From Candidatus Bathyarchaeia archaeon (GTDB lineage Archaea; Thermoproteota; Bathyarchaeia; TCS64): 64,000 nt of DNA. The stretch spans positions 1-64,000 of the forward strand of contig JBEKDF010000001.1 of assembly GCA_050014495.1 (NCBI GenBank), written 5' to 3'. This document shows, piece by piece, positions 48,598 through 57,114 of the stretch (positions within the stretch are counted from its first letter, which is position 1; every line of letters begins with the position of its first letter). The notes beneath the pieces are model-generated. The model was not told the DNA's origin. It saw nothing but the letters and a program-made list of their open reading frames with translations, and did not search any database. The translations under genes and the position numbers were made by a program.

Positions 48598-48877
48598 TTG
48601 GAATGGCGAGTTCCGCATTCGTGACCCCTGTATTAAAGGCCATTAGGGCAGCGGACTCTATCTGCTTCTTAGGTATCCCCGCCTTAAATGCGAGCCCGAC
48701 GAAGTAGCGCAACGCAACCGGGTCACGAGTCGTCGAATAGATCCCAATTAGAATGAGGAGCCTCGTCTTCTCATCTAAGCCACCATGGGCACTAATGGCC
48801 TGGCTCAGCTTCGTATAAGCGTCACTTACACTGGGACACTCCCCAGCGAATATCTCCCAAACACTCTTCTCAGGCAT
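48572..48877 (-). CDS. Carboxymuconolactone decarboxylase/AhpD-like protein
   Basis: GGLDEKTRLLI.IG....A..AG.....I helical CMD pattern. Confidence 0.7.
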   Translation of the reverse strand: MPEKSVWEIFAGECPSVSDAYTKLSQAISAHGGLDEKTRLLILIGIYSTTRDPVALRYFVGLAFKAGIPKKQIESAALMAFNTGVTNAELAIPIIEELAKK

Positions 48878-48987
48878 TTATAGTCTAGTATCTGTGACCC
48901 ATCGATCTATTTATCCATCTAGGTAAGGCCACCGCTTCGCTTTAATAGTTAGTATCGCTAAATGAGAATAAGGGCTTAGGTGCGTAA

Positions 48988-49638
48988 ATGGGAGCTAAGG
49001 GGTCTACGGAGGAGTTCATGCACGACGTAGACTCCGTAGTCTCCAAGATTCTAGAAAAACTTGACCCGGTATATCACCCGAAAATCCATGTCCTACGCGA
49101 CGACCTCGAGAGGATGCACAAGCAGAACAGAGTGAAGATCAACCACTCGGTGATGGAGCTCGTCTGCGCTGCCCACCTGATCCATGCAGGATTCGACGTT
49201 CAGCTCGAGACCGCGGTAAATGGGATAAGCACCGATGTCTACGCCGAGAAGGGGCTCGGGAGCCTCATGGTCGAAGCGGAAACAGGCTTCGTGCCACCTG
49301 AAAACGCTATCGACCCCCTCGTGTACCTACGAGCCAGAGCAGCGAGCAAGATAACGAGATATAGTGGCTATGCAAGCAAATTCGTTCTAGCGACTCCGCC
49401 CTACTACGTCCTCCAGATACCGCCGAGCCTTACCAAGCCCCCCAGATTCCGCACTGAGGAGGAGATCGCCTCCATCAAACGCCTCTGCGACCTCTACTAC
49501 AGTAACCCACCGGTGAGTATAGAGGAGATTAGAAACGCCCGCCTCCACGCGATATACGTAGTAGACGTGGACAACGTCTCCATCCGAGAGTGGGAGGTAA
49601 ACGAGTATATGGGCAAAGCCAGTCTCTGGACCACATAA
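48988..49638 (+). CDS. Archaeal hypothetical protein, possible PD-(D/E)xK-like fold
   Basis: INHSVMEL, DVYA.KG....VE.ETGFVPP, KI.RYS. Confidence 0.6.
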   Translation: MGAKGSTEEFMHDVDSVVSKILEKLDPVYHPKIHVLRDDLERMHKQNRVKINHSVMELVCAAHLIHAGFDVQLETAVNGISTDVYAEKGLGSLMVEAETGFVPPENAIDPLVYLRARAASKITRYSGYASKFVLATPPYYVLQIPPSLTKPPRFRTEEEIASIKRLCDLYYSNPPVSIEEIRNARLHAIYVVDVDNVSIREWEVNEYMGKASLWTT

Positions 49639-49739
49639 AATATTTATGATTCTCTCACTTGGTGAAGGAAAAAAGTTATAAAAAAAAAGCGGCTAGAAAG
49701 GTTTAAGATAACCGAGTTATCCCTGAGAGGGAGGTTCAC

Positions 49740-49982
49740 GTGAGCTCCTCAATAGCGTTGATCGGCGTCGGGTTCTTAATCGCATGGCTAGGTGTGATTA
49801 TGGTCTACCTAAGTCTACGCGTTGAGCCAGTCGATCTCTATAGGAGACACCTAGGATTCCTAAATGCGCCAATCGCCAAGGTTAATGAGAGCAGGAGGGC
49901 GATAAAGTTCCTAATAGTCGTTGGAATCTTGGTGACGGCCGCGTTGTATGCTGCCTCTTGGGTGGGATTGATAGCCTGGTGA
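49740..49982 (+). CDS. Small two-TM membrane protein
   Basis: Two hydrophobic segments in 80 aa. Confidence 0.55.
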   Translation: MSSSIALIGVGFLIAWLGVIMVYLSLRVEPVDLYRRHLGFLNAPIAKVNESRRAIKFLIVVGILVTAALYAASWVGLIAW

Positions 49983-50647
49983 CTGAAACAAGAGACGATG
50001 TTTGCTGGGTCTGCGGAGGGGATGGGGCGAACACCCTATGCCCTCGCTGTGGCCACCGCGTCTGCAGAGACTGTTTCGACGAGGAGACCCAAACATGCCT
50101 TGAATGCGTAGAGGAGAGAGTAAACTCTAAGGCGCGAACCAAGAAGGTTATGCTAGTGGGCGGACTTCTCATGCTAATCGTGGGACTATCAGCCACGGCC
50201 GCTGGAATAGTCGCAAGCATTCCCACAGAGGGAGTCACTGTGGCATTCCCATTCATTTTCGGTGAAGTGAGCCCAATCACCGCAGGAGCCTACAGCTTCA
50301 TCTTCTTCCTCACAGTAGCCGCGGCCTCGTTACTCCCTTGGTACATACACACACGAGCAAAACCAACCTCCAGCAACAACGAGGAAGTGACCATAATCGA
50401 AGGAAACCTGCTTGGCGGGGAGCACTTCGAACGCGTCGAGTATGTAATAACCGCTGAGATGCCTAAGAGACTAGAGAAGACCATTCTGGTTGAGACAAAC
50501 GGGGCCTCGATCCATCTCCACAGTACATCTGATAAGGAGTTCAGAAGGAGCTACCCTATCCCGGAGGGGCATGAGTTGGAGGGACTCGACTACGACTATG
50601 ATGAAGGCTACCTCGTACTCCGCCTACACCTCGTGAGGATTCCATAG
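49979..50647 (+). CDS. Zn-finger + two TM + C-terminal beta domain protein
   Basis: CWVC..CPRC..VCRDC..CLEC, then two TM segments; GTGA overlap with the upstream stop. Confidence 0.65.
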   Translation: MTETRDDVCWVCGGDGANTLCPRCGHRVCRDCFDEETQTCLECVEERVNSKARTKKVMLVGGLLMLIVGLSATAAGIVASIPTEGVTVAFPFIFGEVSPITAGAYSFIFFLTVAAASLLPWYIHTRAKPTSSNNEEVTIIEGNLLGGEHFERVEYVITAEMPKRLEKTILVETNGASIHLHSTSDKEFRRSYPIPEGHELEGLDYDYDEGYLVLRLHLVRIP

Positions 50648-50688
50648 AAGCCTTTTAACAAGCCCTCAATAAAATTACCCCGATAGAG

Positions 50689-51339
50689 TTGCCTCAGATC
50701 ATTAACCTAGTCGAGGACTCACCGATTCTCCGTGGCGTCAACATGATTGTTGGAGACGGACTCTGCAGTAACATATTCGTCGTAGGCAGGGAGAGGGCGA
50801 CGATTATCGATACTGGCGTCGGGAACCGCCTAAACCCCGTCTGGCCCCAGCTTAAGGAGCTCAAGGTGGAGCCCCAGAACGTGGAGAAGATCATAATCAC
50901 ACACGCCCACCACGACCACGCAATGGGGGCATTCCTCATTCTCGAGAGGGCAAAACCAAGGGTCTATATCCACGAAGTGGATGCAGACTTCATAGCCTCG
51001 AGCCTCGGGGACTCACTCGTGAAGGTCAAAGAGGAGGATATAATCGAGACTGAACTCTGGCCACTCGAGGTGATTTGGACACCAGGCCACACATCAGGTG
51101 GCATATGCCTATATGCGAGGGAGCATAGGATACTTTTCTCGGGGGACACAGCCTTCTCGGATGGCTACTTCGGTAGATTCGACGGAGAATCAGGTAGCCT
51201 CGATGAACTCATAGAGTCCCTCAGGAAGCTTACGAGGCTTAGAGTCGACGTGATGCTTACCGGTCACGGCCTCCCAGTTCTAGATAGAGCCGAGGAGAAT
51301 CTGAAGCTTGCCCTAAGAAACGCAGAGCTCTATGCCTAG
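50689..51339 (+). CDS. Metallo-beta-lactamase fold hydrolase
   Basis: IDTG, THAHHDH, TPGHT.G, LFSGD, GHG. Confidence 0.9.
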   Translation: MPQIINLVEDSPILRGVNMIVGDGLCSNIFVVGRERATIIDTGVGNRLNPVWPQLKELKVEPQNVEKIIITHAHHDHAMGAFLILERAKPRVYIHEVDADFIASSLGDSLVKVKEEDIIETELWPLEVIWTPGHTSGGICLYAREHRILFSGDTAFSDGYFGRFDGESGSLDELIESLRKLTRLRVDVMLTGHGLPVLDRAEENLKLALRNAELYA

Positions 51340-52220
51340 CCAACTTTTCTCGTCAGGATTATATGTTCATACTGGTAGCTTATCGAAGAGTCGACCTTGA
51401 AGAAGAGTCCATTCGCGCCATCAATAGTTCCATCAACCGCCATCCTCAGCGGGGTTGAGTACCTTGCCTCCACCCAGGTCCTCAGTAGTATGTCTCCACC
51501 CTGCTGGATTGAGGGAAGCTGTATCGTGTACTTCGCACTGTGGGCCGTGTAATTGAACGTTGTTGGATTCTTGTACTGCCATATTGCCTGGTAGGCGGGG
51601 GGATCACAGACCGCCGGCGGGGCTGTGGATACGTCGCTGATATCTGTCACTGCGTTTGTAAACCAAGAGTATACGCCAACTTCGGTTACATTAGCCGTCT
51701 TAGCGACTCTAAATGGGGTGATGGTGATGTTGACTGTAGCCTTATCTCCCCAGTATATGTCAGCCGGGTTTACGATCGTATGTGGAGCCTCGCTGACGGA
51801 GAATATATCGACAGGATCCATCTTAAAGGCGGCTTGCCCAAACACCTCGTCCTTTGTCTTTAAACCGGTGGCCACGACGGTTATGTCTCCGGTCGTCGAG
51901 TCGTATGAGACCTGTATATTCGTGGTATCCTGATCGATTGGAATCTGTGTGAGGCCGGGATCGGTCTTATCATGAATAGTAACAGTTGGGGTATCTTGTA
52001 TTACGGCTATCCCATAATCTATGAGATACCTTGAATCCGTCGTGTTACCAGTCTTGTTAGACCAATAGGACTCGCTACGACTCACATTCACGTACCCAAC
52101 TAAGCTCTGAGACGCAGGTGCTGATCGAAATAGTACAGCGGCTACGCTGACCGTGAACAAAGCTATGAATACTATGGCTAAAATGACCTTTTTGTTGGTT
52201 TTCCCCAGTCTCAATGGCAA
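51336..52220 (-). CDS. Exported/membrane-anchored hypothetical protein
   Basis: Basic N-terminus + hydrophobic helix; Thr/Asn-rich with several N-X-S/T sequons. Confidence 0.65.
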   Translation of the reverse strand: MPLRLGKTNKKVILAIVFIALFTVSVAAVLFRSAPASQSLVGYVNVSRSESYWSNKTGNTTDSRYLIDYGIAVIQDTPTVTIHDKTDPGLTQIPIDQDTTNIQVSYDSTTGDITVVATGLKTKDEVFGQAAFKMDPVDIFSVSEAPHTIVNPADIYWGDKATVNITITPFRVAKTANVTEVGVYSWFTNAVTDISDVSTAPPAVCDPPAYQAIWQYKNPTTFNYTAHSAKYTIQLPSIQQGGDILLRTWVEARYSTPLRMAVDGTIDGANGLFFKVDSSISYQYEHIILTRKVG

Positions 52221-52320
52221 AGCTATCAGTCCAGCTTCGGGTTGGTCGCTGATAAGGCTTATTCAGGATCACCCCCAAATCCCTTAAGCACCGTCCGCCC
52301 TCCTAGGTATTCGACAATTC

Positions 52321-53349
52321 ATGGTCGAGAAGAACCTAGACTTCCGAAGTGACACCGTTACATGGCCCACACCCGAGATGAGGGAGGCAGCCTTCAAGGC
52401 GAAGGTTGGGGATGACGTTTACGGAGACGACCCTACCGTCAACGAGCTCGAGCGAATAGCCTCCGAGATCACGGGTAAAGAGGCGGGTCTCTTCGTCACA
52501 AGCGGGACTCAAGGAAATGCAGTCTCCGTTCTCGCACACACCCAACGCGGGAACGAGATAATTCTGGAACAGAAGAGCCACATATACGTCAACGAGGTTG
52601 GCGGCCTCGCGGTTATGGGGCAGCTCATGGCGCGCACCGTACCCGGCGAACTCGGGTGGATGAAACCAGACGACATCGAGAAGGCCATAAGAGTGGAAAA
52701 CATCCACTACCCCAGGACCACCCTCCTATGCGTCGAGAACACACACAACTCTGCCGGAGGCATCGCACTTACACCAAAACAGCTCAAAGCAGACTGGGAC
52801 ATTGCGAAGAAGCATAACCTCGGCGTACACATGGATGGGGCGAGGGTCTTCAACGCCTCCGTTGCCCTAGGCGTCAACGTGAAGGAGTTGACCAAGTACG
52901 CGGACACCGTCCAGATCTGCCTCAGCAAAGGACTTAGCGCCCCCGTAGGAAGCCTCGTCGTGGGCTCAGCAGACCTTGTCAATAAGGCTAGAAAGTATAG
53001 GAAGATGCTTGGCGGAGGTATGAGGCAGGCAGGTATCATCGCAGCCCCCGGGATCATTGCCCTGACAAAGATGGTGGATAGACTCAAGGACGACCACGAC
53101 AACGCGAAACTACTAGCGCAGGAGCTATCCAAGATGGGTATAAAGGTCGTCAACCAAGTCCAAACGAACATGGTCTACATAGACTACACCCCAATAGGGT
53201 GGAAAGACTCTGACTGGATCAGCGCAACAAAGAAGCTGGGGTGGCTAAGCGAAGGCCATGGTGGGGGTACACGCCTTTGCACCCACTACGGCATTGAGCG
53301 AGAAGACATCAAAAGTTTCGTAGAGGGGCTTGGAAAACTCATCAAGTAG
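52321..53349 (+). CDS. ltaE: Low-specificity L-threonine aldolase
   Basis: DFRSDTVT.PT, VGDDVYG.DPT, SGTQGN, ENTHN, HMDGAR, CLSKGL.APVGS, GGGMRQAG. Confidence 0.92.
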   Translation: MVEKNLDFRSDTVTWPTPEMREAAFKAKVGDDVYGDDPTVNELERIASEITGKEAGLFVTSGTQGNAVSVLAHTQRGNEIILEQKSHIYVNEVGGLAVMGQLMARTVPGELGWMKPDDIEKAIRVENIHYPRTTLLCVENTHNSAGGIALTPKQLKADWDIAKKHNLGVHMDGARVFNASVALGVNVKELTKYADTVQICLSKGLSAPVGSLVVGSADLVNKARKYRKMLGGGMRQAGIIAAPGIIALTKMVDRLKDDHDNAKLLAQELSKMGIKVVNQVQTNMVYIDYTPIGWKDSDWISATKKLGWLSEGHGGGTRLCTHYGIEREDIKSFVEGLGKLIK

Positions 53350-53387
53350 CCAATCCTTTTTTACCACCTATACCAGCTTCCTTCTCT

Positions 53388-54434
53388 ATGATCATCACCG
53401 AGGCCCAAGGGCTCAGGGAGCTCGGGACCAAGATATTCGTCGCTCTAGGGGCGCCGAAGAGCAAAGCGGAGTTCGTCGCTGAAACGTTGGTCGAAGCGAA
53501 TCTTTGCGGACACGATAGCCACGGGGCATTTTACTTCCCCGTTTATGGGGAGAGGATTAGACAGGGCTACATCCAGCCAAAGGAGAACCCACGCATCGTA
53601 AAGGAGACGCCAACCTCGGCATACATAGATGGACGCTGGGGCTTCGGCCAGATCGCAGCTAAGAAGATGATTGCGACCGCTGTGGAGAAGGCGAGTACCA
53701 ACATGGTCGCCGCTGTCGGTGGTTTCAATATAAATCACATCGGTCGACTCGGCTACTACACGACCTGGGCCACGGAGCAGAACATGATCGGAATGATGTT
53801 TGCCAACGTGGGAAATCCTATTGTATCCCCATTCCACGGCGCCGAGAAGGCCTTCGGCACAAACCCAGCTAGCATAAGCACACCAACTTCTACCGGTGAG
53901 AATTTCCTCATGGACTACGCCACGAGCCTAGCCGCCGCTGGAAAGTTGAGCGTCGCACGCGCTAAACACGTTAAGGTACCAAGCCACTGGATCAGGGATA
54001 AAAACGGAAATCCCACCGACGACCCGAACGCCTTCTACGATGGAGGCTACCTCGTAGGATTCGGTGAGCACAAAGGCTACGGCATCCAGATGGCATCGGA
54101 GCTCCTCGGAGCTGTCCTCACCGGCAGCAGAGCGAGCATGGATAACAGCCAGAACCCCCCGAGCCCGAATGGAGTCTTCTGCATAGCAATTAACCCCGAG
54201 GCTTTCATCGGCCTCGATGCCTTCAAGAAAAAGTCCTCTGAGGTGATCAGTTATGTGAAGTCGAGGAAGCCCGAGAGGGGTGAGACTGTCCTTATCCCAG
54301 GAGACCCCGAGAGAATATCCAAGAAAAAGAGGTTAAGCGAAGGAATTCCCCTCCCAGAGGATAGTTGGGATCAGATAATTAAGATCAGCCTTGAGCTCGG
54401 TATCGACCCGAAGATTGCATTAAAGAAAGGATAA
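53388..54434 (+). CDS. Ldh_2 family (malate/L-lactate/sulfolactate-type) oxidoreductase
   Basis: GHDSHG, IDG..GFGQ, NHIGRLG, GTNP, D.ATS, HKGYG, IPG. Confidence 0.88.
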   Translation: MIITEAQGLRELGTKIFVALGAPKSKAEFVAETLVEANLCGHDSHGAFYFPVYGERIRQGYIQPKENPRIVKETPTSAYIDGRWGFGQIAAKKMIATAVEKASTNMVAAVGGFNINHIGRLGYYTTWATEQNMIGMMFANVGNPIVSPFHGAEKAFGTNPASISTPTSTGENFLMDYATSLAAAGKLSVARAKHVKVPSHWIRDKNGNPTDDPNAFYDGGYLVGFGEHKGYGIQMASELLGAVLTGSRASMDNSQNPPSPNGVFCIAINPEAFIGLDAFKKKSSEVISYVKSRKPERGETVLIPGDPERISKKKRLSEGIPLPEDSWDQIIKISLELGIDPKIALKKG

Positions 54435-54460
54435 TAGACGACGCACCCTCTTCAACCGTC

Positions 54461-55645
54461 ATGGAGTTCTGGTTCCCCGTCGAAGAGGCCACAGAGGGGG
54501 CCGCGAGACTACTTATACCCACACTTGGTAGACGGGAGGGGGAACCACTCGACCACGCTCGTAGCAGGGCGGCGGTCTTCTATAATCCATTAATGAGGCT
54601 CAACAGGGACACTGCTGTCCTCGCCGTCTCGGTGCAGGGGAAACGCCTCGGCAGACCAGTGGAGGCGTGTGAGCCAATGTGTGGCTGCGGTGTTCGCGGG
54701 GTCCGCCTCGCCTTAGAGGCGAGGGTGGGAAATGTTCTGATGGGGGACCTCAACCCTAGTGGTGTCCAGATATCAGAGGAGAACACTCACAGAAACGGGG
54801 TCTCAGACAAGGTCAGCATTCGCCTAATGGACGCGAACCTAATGCTAAACCTTCGCAGCAGCCCGATGAACAGATTCGACTATCTCGACATAGATCCCTT
54901 TGGCTCCCCCTCAGAGTTCCTGGATTCAGGCGTAAGGGCAACCCGAGATGGTGGAGTGATCGCCCTAACCGCGACGGACATGGCGCCACTCTGCGGCGTC
55001 AGCCCCATGGCCTGCCTCCGAAAATACGGTGGGAGGCCCCTCAGAACGGTATATACCCATGAGGTCGCGTTACGTCTCGTAATTGGTGCAGCTGTCCGAG
55101 TTGCAGTGATCCATGAGATGGGGGCTAGACCCCTCTTTGGATACTACGCTGACCATTATGTCCGTGTCTACCTGGGACTCAAACATAGTGCCAAGCCCGC
55201 TGATGCGGCCCTAGCGGAGATGGGATTTATAGCCCATTGCTCGAGGTGCCTTCATAGGGAGGCGGTTAAGGGTGCCTACTTTAAGATGTCTAGCTTGTGT
55301 CCAATATGTGGCAATAAATTAGTCATTGGTGGCCCAATGTGGCTCGGGGACATCGCTGATAGTTCATTCTCCGAAGATATGCTGGGTAAGGCCGCTAAGA
55401 CAGGTGGTTTGGAGCGCCGCCTAATCCCCCTCATCGAAACGTTACGCGGAGAGATAGGATTCCCACCGACATACTTCCACCTTGATGAGTTAAGCTCCCG
55501 CGCGGGGAAGTCGAGCCTAAGCAGGGATGATGTACTGGAAAAACTCAGGACATCTGGGTTCAAGGCTACCCGAACTCACTTCGACCCAAGGGGGGTCAGG
55601 ACAACTGCTAGCGCAGCTGATTTGGCAAACGTTATTAAAGGATAG
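54461..55645 (+). CDS. trm1: tRNA (guanine-26-N2)-dimethyltransferase
   Basis: VFYNP.M..NRD, G.RG.R, DIDPFGSP, TATD.A.LCG, HEVALR, HYVR, GPMWLG, RTHF...G.RT. Confidence 0.92.
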   Translation: MEFWFPVEEATEGAARLLIPTLGRREGEPLDHARSRAAVFYNPLMRLNRDTAVLAVSVQGKRLGRPVEACEPMCGCGVRGVRLALEARVGNVLMGDLNPSGVQISEENTHRNGVSDKVSIRLMDANLMLNLRSSPMNRFDYLDIDPFGSPSEFLDSGVRATRDGGVIALTATDMAPLCGVSPMACLRKYGGRPLRTVYTHEVALRLVIGAAVRVAVIHEMGARPLFGYYADHYVRVYLGLKHSAKPADAALAEMGFIAHCSRCLHREAVKGAYFKMSSLCPICGNKLVIGGPMWLGDIADSSFSEDMLGKAAKTGGLERRLIPLIETLRGEIGFPPTYFHLDELSSRAGKSSLSRDDVLEKLRTSGFKATRTHFDPRGVRTTASAADLANVIKG

Positions 55646-55669
55646 ACCCGCGAAGGGATCGTAAAACCC

Positions 55670-56416
55670 ATGCCCAGCAGATGGCTCCACGAGCGAAAGA
55701 CGGAACACTACTACAACAAGGCCAAAGAGGAGGGCTATAGGAGCAGGGCAAGCTACAAACTCAAACAACTCAACGAGGAGTTCAAGTTCTTTGAGGGGGC
55801 GAAGAGGGTACTCGACATGGGTGCAGCTCCCGGTGGCTGGCTTCAGGTCGCAGGTGAATCTATCAAGGGAGGCCTAGTCGTGGGCGTCGATCTGAAAGAG
55901 ATCTTCCCACTCTACATGGAAAACGTCGAGACCATCGTCGGCGACGTCACAGACCCGGTTGTGCAGGAGGAGGTCCTAGGCAGGTTCCAAGGTGAGAAGG
56001 CGGATGTGGTGCTTAGCGACATGGCTCCTAACGTCATGGGTGTATGGGAGGTTGACGACCTTCGCCAAATCTATCTCGCCCACACAGCTCTCAGCATCGC
56101 AGACAAGCTCCTTAAGGAGGATGGCTGGATGGTCGTCAAGGTATTCCAGGGTAAGGAACACGAGGCATTCATCAGGGACATGAGGGCGATGTTTGAGAAG
56201 GTCTACATAGTTAAGCCGTTAGCATCCCGGAAGGGGAGTGCTGAGGTATACGTGGTCGCTAAGGATCTGCGAAGGGATCGGGTTCTACCTGAAGAGTTCA
56301 GAAATGACAAGAAAAATCTGCAGATCGTTGAAGAGGAGGAAACTGAGTCTCTCCCGGGCGAGAACCTCCCCGACTATGGGGAGCCCGAAGAATACGGAAA
56401 AAAGAAGCCTAACTGA
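55670..56416 (+). CDS. rlmE: 23S rRNA (U2552-2'-O)-methyltransferase RlmE/FtsJ
   Basis: YRSRASYKL, LD.GAAPGGW, VLSDMAPN, KVFQG, KP.ASR..S.E.Y. Confidence 0.93.
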   Translation: MPSRWLHERKTEHYYNKAKEEGYRSRASYKLKQLNEEFKFFEGAKRVLDMGAAPGGWLQVAGESIKGGLVVGVDLKEIFPLYMENVETIVGDVTDPVVQEEVLGRFQGEKADVVLSDMAPNVMGVWEVDDLRQIYLAHTALSIADKLLKEDGWMVVKVFQGKEHEAFIRDMRAMFEKVYIVKPLASRKGSAEVYVVAKDLRRDRVLPEEFRNDKKNLQIVEEEETESLPGENLPDYGEPEEYGKKKPN

Positions 56417-57074
56417 GTAGTTCGGCGAGGACGTGGGCGACCATCGTGTTCGCCTGTACCACTGGCTTCCCCGTCTTCGTAGCAACCTTCTTCCTGATCT
56501 CGATTGGGAACCCGAAGCAGTTGAGGAGGATTAGGTCTAGATTCTGGTCAGCTAGACGGTTGCAAAGTCCCTCCACATCTTTCGGCTCGTATGGGCTCAC
56601 GGTGTCGCTGTAGACCTTGACGCCTGGGCGGCTCCACTCCCTCTCCCCCATCGGTATCTGCTCCGCAGTTGGATAGACGATGCCTAGTTTCCCCTCCTTG
56701 AGGCATCCCTCGAGGACCCCCTTGAGGATCTCCATCGGTGTGACGACTAGACCCTTCGACTTGAACTGGGGGAACTTACCCGTGCACATGATGACGGTTA
56801 GCCTGATCCCCTGTGACTCCAGCCAGTCGAGCCTCTCCTGCATCATGGGGAGGATGTACTTCTTCGTGATCTTGATCTCAGTGCCATTCCTCATCCTGCT
56901 GACTAGGATGTAGTCCTCTACCCTGAGGGGGATCTTCTTAACATCCTCCATAGTCTTCCCGTCTAGTGCCCCCGCCTCGACTACCTCCACGTTATTCCCG
57001 AGGATTTCTCTGAGACCGGGGAGGATGTCGTTTCGGGGCGACTGCCCTATCGTTAGCATCCCGATCTTCTTCAT
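56409..57074 (-). CDS. AroM family protein
   Basis: TIGQSPR.D, E.GALD, LVSR.R.G, CTG.FP, SPY, L.CFG. Confidence 0.85.
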   Translation of the reverse strand: MKKIGMLTIGQSPRNDILPGLREILGNNVEVVEAGALDGKTMEDVKKIPLRVEDYILVSRMRNGTEIKITKKYILPMMQERLDWLESQGIRLTVIMCTGKFPQFKSKGLVVTPMEILKGVLEGCLKEGKLGIVYPTAEQIPMGEREWSRPGVKVYSDTVSPYEPKDVEGLCNRLADQNLDLILLNCFGFPIEIRKKVATKTGKPVVQANTMVAHVLAELLS

Positions 57075-57114
57075 GTCGAGAAGAGAGACGCGTCTTCCAT
57101 GTTAAAATCTTCGG